Position numbers and translations under genes: made by a program. Below are positions 41,146-51,299 of a stretch of 64,000 bases of DNA, one piece after another. This DNA is from Eledone cirrhosa (taxonomy: Eukaryota). The stretch's first letter is position 1; the number at the start of each line of letters is the position of its first letter. The DNA is taken from the NCBI GenBank assembly GCA_964016885.1, contig OZ024745.1, forward strand, positions 29,326,001 to 29,390,000, read 5' to 3'. The notes under the pieces are model-generated. The model was not told the DNA's origin and did no database searches. It worked only from the letters and a program-made list of their open reading frames with translations.

Positions 41146-41870
41146 GCAATGTCCATTGAAATGTTTAACCCGTTTAAATCTTACATTCACCATTTCTCAG
41201 TCAGTCTTTAGAAATCCACTGAATAACGATTTAAAGTTGCCAGTTCCATAGAATTATTTCTTTGAATTTCTTGTCTTATGCATCATTTTTTTCATATTTT
41301 ATGTTGGTCTACAGAATATATTTAGTATAAAATATTCTTCACATTTCTCAGAAATATTCCCTGTTATGGTAATGGCTTTCACTTGGTCAAGTGTAAGTAG
41401 GGTGCTACCCTAATCATCACCAGCACCACTATCATCATCACCAGCACCACTCATCCCCACCACCACCACCACAGCCACTGCTATCATCATTATAGTTGTC
41501 ACCCTCACCAGCACCATGAAAGACAAAATGGAACGACCCGTTCTAGTTCATAACATACCATATTTGGTTGCATGATCTTCCTAACACCAAACACTTTACA
41601 GGATGTACTGGGTGCTTTTTCATCGTGACATCAGTTCTACCACTTTAGAAACTGGTACTTAAAAACCTACCAAGATTGAAGATATAATATATTATCAAAG
41701 ATCTACCAACTATAAACAAGATCTTTCAGTACATGGAGGCCACAGAAAGACTCAACAGAAACTTTTAGTTGCTTTACAGTTGTCCTTGTTTTCCCCCTTC
41801 TTTTATTTTGATTCTTTTGTCTCTCTTTGTTCTCTGCTTTCTTTTTTTCTTCTTACTCTCTCACTGCTCT

Positions 41871-42060
41871 GCGGTGGATTGGCAGTATTGGTAGAGGGTC
41901 GGACGCCATGTTTTGATGCATAGAGTTATGGCCCTTGCCATTCTGAGTTCAAATCCTGCCGAGGTTAACTTTGCTTTTCATCCTTACGGGGGTCGATAAA
42001 ATAAAGTACCAGTAATGCACTGGGTAATTGCTGGCCTTGTGCCAAAAGTAGAAACAATTA
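41871..42060 (+). mobile_element. SINE family B copy
   Basis: GCGGTGGATTGGCAGTATTGGTAGAGGGTCGGACGCC…GAGTTCAAATCCTGCCGAGG…GTCGATAAAATAAAGTACCAG…GTAGAAACAATTA. Confidence 0.88.
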
Positions 42061-42557
42061 TTTCTATATATAATCTCTAACCATTATTAACTTATTGCAT
42101 CTTACATCTTTAATATTACTAACTCTGTTAATATTCTACATGCTTTTCATTCTAATATATAAGTTATACCTTTTAGTTCTACTCACTTTCACTAAGACAA
42201 ATAAGGCATTGATGTCATTTAAACTTTAATGTGTATTCATACGAGCTATTATTGAGGTACCTTATGTTTTAGATATCATGAAATAGTTGTCATAACAAGG
42301 ATGTTTTTTAACTGACATTACTTATTTTGTATAGTCCATGAATTATCTGATGACACAAGATTGACTGGGATTAATGTTTAATATCAAATTTCTTGAGTCA
42401 ACACTCAGATAATATTATATAGACACATTTATATATCAATAATAGAGCTTGGGTGAGGTTTTTCAACATTTTTATTTCTCGCATGTATTTTTTCCTCCCA
42501 TATTTATAGAAACGTGTTAGAAGAATATCTTAAATATTTCATCCCTTATATATATAT

Positions 42558-44316
42558 CATCATCATCATCATTTAACGTCTATCTTCCACGCTAGCATGG
42601 GTTTAGACAGGAATTGTCCCACTTGAGGCAAGATTGGTCGGGTAACCGTGTCTCGCTCATATAGGACTGTTTGGCAGGTTTTCTACGGCTGTATGCCCTT
42701 CCTAACACCAACCACGTTTACAGTGTGGACTGGGAGGTTTTTACCGTGTCACCTACACACCCACATTACAGTGTGGGCTGTGTGTTTTTTTGTCGTGACA
42801 GCTACACGACCTCATTTATTTTGGACTGGATATTTTGGTACCAACATAACTTTACAGAGAGTGGGTAGTGTTGGTGGGAGTGGGAGGATGGAGTAGTGGT
42901 AGTGAGTTGGGGTGTACATTTGGTTAAGAGGTGCCTACTGACTGTAGGTTTCGCTTTGTATTTAGGCAAGGCGGGTCTTCTGTATTACTGCGTAGCGCCA
43001 AAGATCTCGGTCCAGTGACACTGTCTTAGAGAGGTGTAAGTGTGTAAGGTTGGAATTTATCAAATTGTCCCACGTTTTTCTGGGTCTACCTACTCCATAA
43101 CATCCATCAATTTTGATCGCCCTGCACTTTTTTATACAGCTGTAATCTTTCATGCGCATCACGTGACCATACCAATGTAGTCTTCTCTCGAGTAAACATC
43201 ATCTGATCCCTTTTATTCCTAATTTCTCACTTAGTTCATTTATGCTTTGCCGTTCGTGTATATTACTATTACACATCCAGCGGAGCATGCATGCTTTGTT
43301 CCTTTCCAGTCAGTGCAGCTCCTCTGCACACAATGCCCATGTCTCACTGCCATGTAGCATTGCTGTTCATACACAGGCATCATACAATCTGCCTTTCATT
43401 TTTAGAGAGAAACCTTTAGTGGCCAATAGTGGTATAAGCTCTCTGAACTCTTTCAATCCCGTTCTGACTCTGGCTACTGTACTTTCAGAGCACCCTCCAC
43501 CACTGCTGATTTTGTCACCCAGGTAACGGAAGGTCTCCACTATTTCTATAGAACCATCTGGGCAATAGAAGGTGCTAGTATCCTGTGGGCACTTGCTACT
43601 TATTGCACCTGAGCATCGGCCACATATATAATCTACATTCTTAGATAGCTTACCTGTGATCCCACTACATCTTTTATATACCCATAGTTTGCATTTGGGA
43701 CATAAAATGGAATTTCTGCCTACTCCTTTCCTCCACACTGAGCATAGCCTTTTCCCAGAGGGCACCTGTGCCCTATTTTCCTTTCTACATACTAGAACTT
43801 TAGTCTTAGACATGTTAACTTTCAGGCCTTTTGAATTCATGTTTAGAATTTCTTCTCTAATTCAGCCATTCATTCAGCTATGAGAGTTAGATCATCTGTG
43901 TATAGAAGTTCCCATGGGCAGCCGGTCTTGAACTCCTCCTTTATAGCCTGAAGGGTAATAATAAATAGGAGGGGGCTAAGGACAGAACCTTGATGAACAC
44001 TAACTTTTACGCTAAATTCTTCACTATATTCATTGTTAATTCTAACCTTGCTGACTGTTTCTTTATACATGGCTTGTATAGCTCTCACAAGCCATTCATC
44101 AACACCTAGTTTTCTAAGAGCCCACCAGATAATGGAGCGGAGGACTCTGTCAAAGTCTTTCTCCAAGTCAACAAAAACTAAGTATAGGGGTTTACTTTTA
44201 ACTAGGTACTTCTTCTGTAGTTGTCGTACAAGGAAAAGAGCGTCTGTGGTACTTTTACCTGACACAAACCCAAACTGCATTTCAGCTAGATCAATTCGTT
44301 CTTTGATTAGTTGCAC
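42558..44316 (-). mobile_element. 5'-truncated RTE LINE with long 3' UTR, containing stops and a deletion
   Basis: QLIKERIDLAEMQFGF…HQGSVLSPLLF…ELLYTDDL…PHD-like Cys motif…FRYLGD…GRPRKTW; (GAT)n tail. Confidence 0.93.
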
Positions 44317-44337
44317 ACATATATATATATATATATA

Positions 44338-44452
44338 TAGGAATAGTATGACCCCGACGGCAGAGCTCAAGCCGTTTCGACGGCTATTTCTGAGTCCAGA
44401 AATAGCTGTCGAAACAGCTTGAGCTCTGCCGTCAGGGTCATACTTTTTCCTA
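44338..44452. repeat. ~55-bp-arm palindrome containing the 3' half of a hammerhead-like motif
   Basis: GGAATAGTATGACCCCGACGGCAGAGCTCAAGCCGTTTCGACGGCTATTTCTG-agtc-CAGAAATAGCTGTCGAAACAGCTTGAGCTCTGCCGTCAGGGTCATACTTTTTCC. Confidence 0.85.
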
Positions 44453-44529
44453 TTACCCACTCTACTACCCTAAGTATTGAGTACTCTGGTGCGTTATGGT
44501 CCATCTGGTTCCTTACCACAATTCCTTTG

Positions 44530-44571
<42 letters not shown>

Positions 44572-44586
44572 ATATATAATATAATA

Positions 44587-46058
44587 TCTATATTATAAAG
44601 CTGACAGCCAAATGTATGTAATAAACTTTTTGCCAAATGGCTGGACCAAAAAACACCAAATTTGCACCATAGACGTAACTTTTTCCAAGTAAGAAAGTGA
44701 GGGTATTTTTGTCTTCTAAATTTCGTTAAAAGATTAAAGATATTTTATGGTTTATTTAAATATTCACTTCTTTAAAATTTTCAAATGTCAACACTTCCAG
44801 TTATACGACATTCCTCTCTCTTTCTTAGTCTGTCTTTTTAGATAGATACATAGCTATAACGTTGTGCTCTTATATGTCTCTGTATGTCTGGCTGTCTGCA
44901 TTAGATATATAGCTATAACGTCGCACGCTTATAATATCTGTCTGTCTGGCTGTCTGTCTGCATTGACTTCGCTTTTAACCAACTTTTAATTAATTCAGTG
45001 CAAAGATACTGTACGCCCTCTCAATAATTAATTATATATATATAATTAGTAATAATAATAAATGTGAAGACTAAAATCCAAAGAGGGCTCGATAAGGATA
45101 AATATATATCAAATATATAAGAACCCTAGAGCAAATATTGTTCTCATTGCTGACGTATTATCTTCGCTTTTTTTCCGTTCATTGCCAGGGAACGCTTCAC
45201 GAACCAAAGTATCGTTTTCCTGTTTTCCTTCGGTTGCAACGTCTTTCGAAATATTTACTTCTGCGTTCACAGATTGATTTTTTTAGTTTCAGAAGATCCT
45301 GTTAAGGGTGAAAGCAGCGATTCTTTGCTTAAACTTTAATCTGTTATTTTGATATATATATATATATATATATATAATTATATATTCGTGTACAGATATT
45401 TTTGCATACACAAAAACAAAATATAAACAAACGTATTTATTTCACGAAAGCACAGACGGCTTATTGTCATTGTTACTGCCGATATGCCACCCAAAAAGTC
45501 CCAGCATGGCCGCAAGATCAAATTTTCAAAAAGAAAAAATGTTACTAGAGCAACAGAGAGACTAAGCTTCATGATTACCACCAACAAAGTTCAGTGTCAA
45601 ACCCTAAAAGTGGCTGGCCTTCATCTGGGAAAACCATGCTTCTCCCATGGTCAATTGTATGTAGGATGCTCTAGGGTGAGCTCGCCAAACAATCTCTTAA
45701 TCTTTGCACCTGAGGGCCGAACAAAAAATATTGTATACTCTGAGGCTCTAACAATGTAATTTATGTATTTTCTGTTACTTGGAATTTCCATTATGGTTGT
45801 ACAAATTATTGTAAAGTTTGTTAAAAAATGTGTTCTCTGTTCAGCCTTTATTGTTGTAACTATCAATTTTAACGTACTGGCTGCTGAACTGGTGAATCCT
45901 AAAAACTATTCAAACCCAACATCAGAGCACATTAACGCCCCTCCCCCCTGCTGACTTGAGAGGGTGTGCGGTATCTCTGTACTGGAGTAGAAGGGGGAAT
46001 CCTGAAAAGATAAAATACCGGTACACCTAGCCGGGCGCCACCCGGACGGGCCAGCTAG
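44587..46058 (+). mobile_element. Non-autonomous (internally deleted) Helitron
   Basis: 5' TCTATATTATAAAG start preceded by A. 3' GC hairpin CCGGGCGCCACCCGG (46031-46045), then CTAG followed by T, giving an A|T target with no TSD. Contains a PIF1-like helicase C-terminus. Confidence 0.88.
45484..45759 (+). pseudogene. Helitron Rep-Helicase remnant (probable N-terminus fused to the PIF1-like helicase C-terminus)
   Basis: LSFMITTNKVQCQTLKVAGLHLGKPCFSHGQLYVGCSRV…TKNIVYSEAL matches the helicase motifs V/VI consensus (FAMTINKSQGQTL…FSHGQLYVA.SRV). Confidence 0.88.
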
Positions 46059-46415
46059 TATAATATATATATAATAAATAATATTTATATATAATATATA
46101 TATATAATCATCATCATCATCATCATCACCGTTTTACGTCCGTTCTTCCACGTTAGCATGGGTTAGACGGGTTGTCCTGTTGTGGGCAGTGTCTGGTCGG
46201 CTGACCATGCCTTGCTCATACAGGAACTGATCTGGCTTGATTTCTACAGCTGGATGCCCTTCCTAACACCAACCTCATTTACAGTGAGTGCTGGGTGCTT
46301 TTTCGTGGCGCCTACACGTCCACTTTACAGTGTGGGCTGGGTGCTTTTTTGCCGTGGCACCTCCACGACCACCTTGCGGTGGGGGGCGGGGGGGGGGGCA
46401 TATTGTTTATATGCT

Positions 46416-49400
46416 TCAGCATGTACCCATGGGAGGTCGGGTACCCTGTATTACTGCGTGACGCCAGAAGTCACGGTCGTGTGTCATTGACTTTGAGAGG
46501 TGTAGTTGGGTAAGGTCGGCTTTTATCACCTCATCCCAAGTCATCTTGGGTCTCCCCACTCCGCGGTTTCCATCAACTTCTAGTGCTCTGCACCTTTTTA
46601 TGCAGCTGTCATCCTTCATACGCATCACATGTCCATACCAGCGTAACCGCCTCTCCTGCACGCAGCATTTGATTCCTCTTATGCTCAGTCTCTCTCTCAA
46701 TTCCTTTATGCTTTGTCGTTCACGTATATTACTGTTACACATCCATCGGAGCATGCAGGCTTCGTTTCTCTCTAATCTACATAAGTCTTCCACCTTCAGC
46801 GCCCAGGTCTCACTACCATGCAACATCGCTGTTCGGATACACGCATCATACAGTCTGCCTTTCATTCTGAGGGAGAAGCCTTTTGCAGCTAGCAATGGTA
46901 GTAGTTCCCTAAACTTCTTCCATCCCGTTCTTACCCTAGTTATTGTACTTTCTGAGCACCCACCTCCGTTGCTAATTCGGTCACCTAGGTAGCAGAAGCT
47001 GTCTACTGTTTCTACAGGGCCCTCCCAGAGATTGGTGGTACTTGTTTCCTGTGGCTGTTTGCTTGCTGTTTCAGCACAGCTGCTGCATGTGAATCCTACA
47101 TTCTTAATTAAGCTTCCTGAGATCCCGCTACATCTCTTGTGTACCCATTGTTTGCATTTGGGGCAGAGAATGGAGTTCCTACCTACACCTTTCCTACATA
47201 CTGAGCAAGGCCATTTCCCTGAGGGGATCTGGGTTCTGTTTTCTCGTCTACTTATAAGGACCTTAGTCTTTGTCATGTTGACTTTGAGGCCCTTTCTCTC
47301 TAGTCCCTGCTTCCAGGTTTGGAATTTATTCTCTAGTTCTACCATAGATTCAGCTATGAGTGCGAGGTCATCAGCATACAGGAGTTCCCATGGGCATCCG
47401 GTCTTAAACTCCTCCGTTATTGCCTGCAGGACTATGATGAACAGGAGAGGGCTAAGAACAGAGCCCTGGTGGACCCCAACCTGTACGCTAAATTCCTCGC
47501 TATACTCATTGCCAATCCTAACTTTGCTGACTGCTCCCCTATACATGGCTTGTACCGCTTTCACAAGCCATTCATCTACTCCTAGTTTTCTAAGAGCCCA
47601 CCAGATTACTGCACGTGGAACTCTGTCAAAGGCTTTCTCAAGGTCGACAAATGCCAAGTAGAGTGGCTTACTTTTAGCTAGGTACTTTTCCTGTAATTGC
47701 CTCACAAGGAAGAGGGCATCAGTGGTGCCTTTCCCTGGTACAAACCCAAATTGCATCTCGTCTATATTCACCCGGTCCCTAATCAGCTGTGCTATAACTC
47801 TTTCTGTTACTTTCATGACCTGGTCCATCAACTTTATACCTCTATAGTTTCCTCTATCTAGTGCATCGCCTTTACCTGTAGCAGTTGACAATGATGCTAC
47901 TGCACCAATCTTTTGGTATGGCCCCCTCTAGTATTACCTGGTTAACGATACGTGTGGTTATAGTGTGACCTACAGACCCAGAAGCCTTCAGTATCTCGGC
48001 AGCTATACCCGATGGACCGGTTGCCTTCCCTATCTTCATATCTCTGATTGCCTTACTTACTACGCTGCCGCTGACTTGTACTGCTGGTCCCTCTATAGGG
48101 TCTACGTGGGGTAGGGTCTCTTCTTCCCATGCATTCTCCTCATTTAGTAATCTATCATAATGACTCTTCCATGCATCTTTCTTCTCAGCACTTGTGAGGG
48201 CAAGCTCACCTTTATCATTCCGGATACACTTCTCTCCAATGACATCACAACTATCTCTGACACACTGCCTCGCAATCTTGAATACCTCCTGTTTCTGGTC
48301 CTCACGTTGTAAAACATGCTTGAATTTTCTATCCTCTGCTTCCCTCCTAGCTAAGTATACTTGTCGCCTAGCTTCCCTCTTGGTCTCTATGTAATGTACC
48401 CTGCTCCCCCCGTTCTTCCATTCTTTCCATGCCTGTCTCTTGGCATTGACTGCTTCATCTACCTTATTGTTCCACCACCAAGTCACTCTCCTCCTGCTTG
48501 AGGTCTTACTCCAGCCACAAACCTCATCCGTCGCCTCTAGTAAGTTATTTTTTAGGAACTCCCAGTTCTCTTCTACGTTAAATGTCTCTATCTGTTCTTC
48601 TTTACTGTCGTAGGCGTTGAGTAAAATATCTTTAAATCTGTTACTGGTTGAGGGGACTTTCAGCTTCCAGATCTTTCTTCTCCAGGTTGGCCTCTGTTTC
48701 AGGGCTCGTCTAGTTCTGACCGTGAGGTCGCTGACAACTAAGTTATGTTGGGATGTACATTCCTCACTAGGGAAGGCTTTTGTGTTTACGACCGTCCATC
48801 TGTCACGTCCTCTGATGAGGATAAAATCTAACTGACTAGAGTGCTCCCCTGATCTATAGGTGATCAGGTGGTTGTCGGGTTTTTTAAAGTTTGTGTTACA
48901 TATCGACATGTCATTGGCGTCGCAGAATTCTAGAAGTCTGAATCCTTCCTCATTCCTTGTGCCAACTCCATGGCCTCCATGTACTCTATTGAAGCCGTCG
49001 CAGTGTTTACCTACGTGTCCGTTAAAATCTCCTGCAATGATTAGGAAGTCCTTGTCGTCTGTTAGAGCAGTAGTGTGTATTAGGGACTCGTAAAACCTAT
49101 CCTTAAGTTCGTCTGGCAGCCCCGATTGGGGTGCATAAGCTGATATTATTGTGGTAATTGTCTTATTCAGGACTAGTCTGAGTTTAATGATTCTTGCATT
49201 TACCCTGTACACTGAGATTACTTTATCTACCCACTTGTCAGCTAATAGTATACCTACACCACCCATCCCATCGTCATTTCCCACCCAGAAAAATTTGTAG
49301 CACTGGCTTTTTCCTACAAGGACTCTAGCAGACCCTCCTCTCCATCTAGTCTCTTGCACACAGCATACATCAACTTCCTTTCGCTCTAGCATTTCTACGA

Positions 49401-49533
49401 TTTCTCCTGCTCTTCCTTTCATTGAGCCTACATTGATGGTACCAACTCGGAGTTTTGGGCATTTGTCGACACTCGTAGGGGAGGGTCTCTGGGTTGGCGC
49501 TTCACGTGGGTGCTTGGTAGCTCGCAGATTCAT
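46416..49533 (-). pseudogene. RTE ORF (~1040 aa) disrupted by one frameshift near 47878
   Basis: APE motifs GTINVGSM, VQETRW, AYAPQ, GDFNGHVG, SQLDFIL, SQHNLV. RT motifs NYRGIKL, FVDLEKAFDRV, HQGSVLSPLLF, YADD, FCYLG. It reads TGCTACAGGTAAAGGC where the intact copy has TGCTACAAAGGTAAAGG, a 2-nt deletion. Confidence 0.93.
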
Positions 49534-49779
49534 ATTTCATCTATTGATTCAGAGTTGCTCGTGTATTCCCAGCTCATCCATCCATAACGGTGGGAAAATT
49601 GAGGGCTAGAAGAACAGTGGTGGTGGGATAATGGCAGGGTGTGTTGGGATGCGCCAGAGGAGGAGAGAGTTAGTTAGGCAGGTAGTAGCAGCAGCAGTGG
49701 AAATGGCATGCTAGGTTTGATTGGTCGAATAGACTATGGTGGTGTGTGGGGGTGAGGGGGGAGGGAAATTGTGAGGTAG

Positions 49780-50798
49780 GAACTGAGGGTCGCATGGTAA
49801 ATATCCAAGTTAATACTACATCAGTAAAATTAACAATAATAACGTCATGAAAAACTACTAAGAGAAACCCTCGAAAATTTATCGCTAATACAGCAGGGAA
49901 AATTTAACGCTAATACAGCAGGGAACATCATAATATTAACGACAATATGTAGGCTAAAATACCTTCGTAGATTAGATGGATGGCTGGAAAAATTGGAATC
50001 AGCTCTAGTGATACATTTTAGCAGAGAAGAATGGGAAAGTGTCTTATCTCTTCAATATTTTCAGATTGAATGAATTAGGTTAAAGACAGGGTAGTAAGCC
50101 TTAAAGAAGTGCATAGAGAGGGGGGGGGGGTAGGAACTGAGGGTCGCATGGTAAATAACTGAGAGAGATACAATAGGATTAGAATACCGCATGGTAAATA
50201 TCCAAGTTAATAAGTTAATACTACATCAGTAAAATTAACAATGATAACGTCATGAAAAATTACTAAGAGAAACCCTCGAAAATTTATCGCTAATACAGCA
50301 GGGAAAATTTAACGCTAATACAGCAGGGAACATCATAATATTAACGACAATATGTAGGCTAAAATACCTTCGTAGATTAGATGGATGGCTGGAAAAATTG
50401 GAATCAGCTCTAGTGATACATTTTAGCAGAGAAGAATGGGAAAGTGTCTTATCTCTTCAATATTTTCAGATTGAATGAATTAGGTTAAAGACAGGGTAGT
50501 AAGCCTTAAAGAAGTGCATAGAGAGGGGGGGGGGTAGGAACTGAGGGTCGCATGGTAAATAACTGAGAGAGATACAATAGGATTAGAATACCGCATGGTA
50601 AATATCCAAGTTAATAAGTTAATACTACATCAGTAAAATTAACAATGATAACGTCATGAAAAACTACTAAGAGAAACCCTCGAAAATTTATCGCTAATAC
50701 AGCAGGGAAAATTTAACGCTAATACAGCAGGGAACATCATAATATTAACGACAATATGTAGGCTAAAATACCTTCGTAGATTAGATGGATGGCTGGAA
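49780..50798 (-). repeat. ~404-bp tandem repeat, 2.5 nearly identical copies, at the RTE 5' end
   Basis: The anchor CAGTAAAATTAACAAT occurs at ~49822, 50227 and 50631. Confidence 0.93.
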
Positions 50799-50822
50799 TA
50801 TATATATATATATATATATAAC

Positions 50823-51090
50823 AATTCTCAGACCGGGTGATGTGTTGTTTCCTTGAGCAAGACACTTTATTTCACATTGCTCCAGTTTACTCAGCTGTAG
50901 AAATGAGATGATAGGGACTGAGATCCATATCATTCCTCTGTAAAGTGGTCGTGCAGGTGCCACGGCAAAAAAGCACCCAGCACTCACTGTAAATGAAGTT
51001 GGTGTTAGGAAGGGCATCCAGCTGTAGAAATCAAGCCAGAATAAGTTCCTGTCCGACCTTTGCAAGCAGGGAAAAAGCGGGCGTAAAATG
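50823..51090 (+). mobile_element. SINE family A, 5'-truncated at the B box
   Basis: Starts AATTCTCAGACCGGGTGATGTG and ends GCAAGCAGGGAAAAAGCGGGCGTAAAATG. Flanked by (TA)n. Confidence 0.85.
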
Positions 51091-51092
51091 AA

Positions 51093-51147
<55 letters not shown>

Positions 51148-51168
51148 CTATAATATATATATATATAA

Positions 51169-51257
51169 TCATCATCATCATCGTTTAACGTCTATCTTCC
51201 ACGCTAGCATGGGTTTAGATGGGAATTGTCCCACTTGAGGCAAGATTGGTCGTCTCG

Positions 51258-51260
<3 letters not shown>
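51169..51260 (-). mobile_element. Very short RTE 3'-tail insertion
   Basis: Matches the terminal ~90 nt of the element at 42558; lies between (TA)n tracts. Confidence 0.75.

Positions 51261-51297
<37 letters not shown>

Positions 51298-51299
<2 letters not shown>

Larger units (their letters stand above)
46108..50798 (-). mobile_element. Near full-length RTE-clade LINE (APE endonuclease + RT), flanked by (TA)n
   Basis: Single APE-RT ORF, ~300-bp 3' UTR ending …GGACGTAAAACGG(TGA)n, and a 5' region with tandem 404-bp units. Confidence 0.92.

Noticed and set aside
37025-41251. Extensin-like or His/Pro-rich ORFs
   Set aside because: The 32-bp unit is not a multiple of 3, so the translation cycles through all frames. 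The C/A-rich strand lacks stop codons for compositional reasons.
46546-49093. Plus-strand ORFs antisense to the RTE
   Set aside because: Shadow ORFs of the conserved RT/APE coding strand with no independent motifs.
49534-50798. HDV-like ribozyme in the RTE 5' UTR, as known for some RTEs
   Set aside because: I could not identify the nested double pseudoknot by eye. An RNAMotif/Infernal search would be needed.
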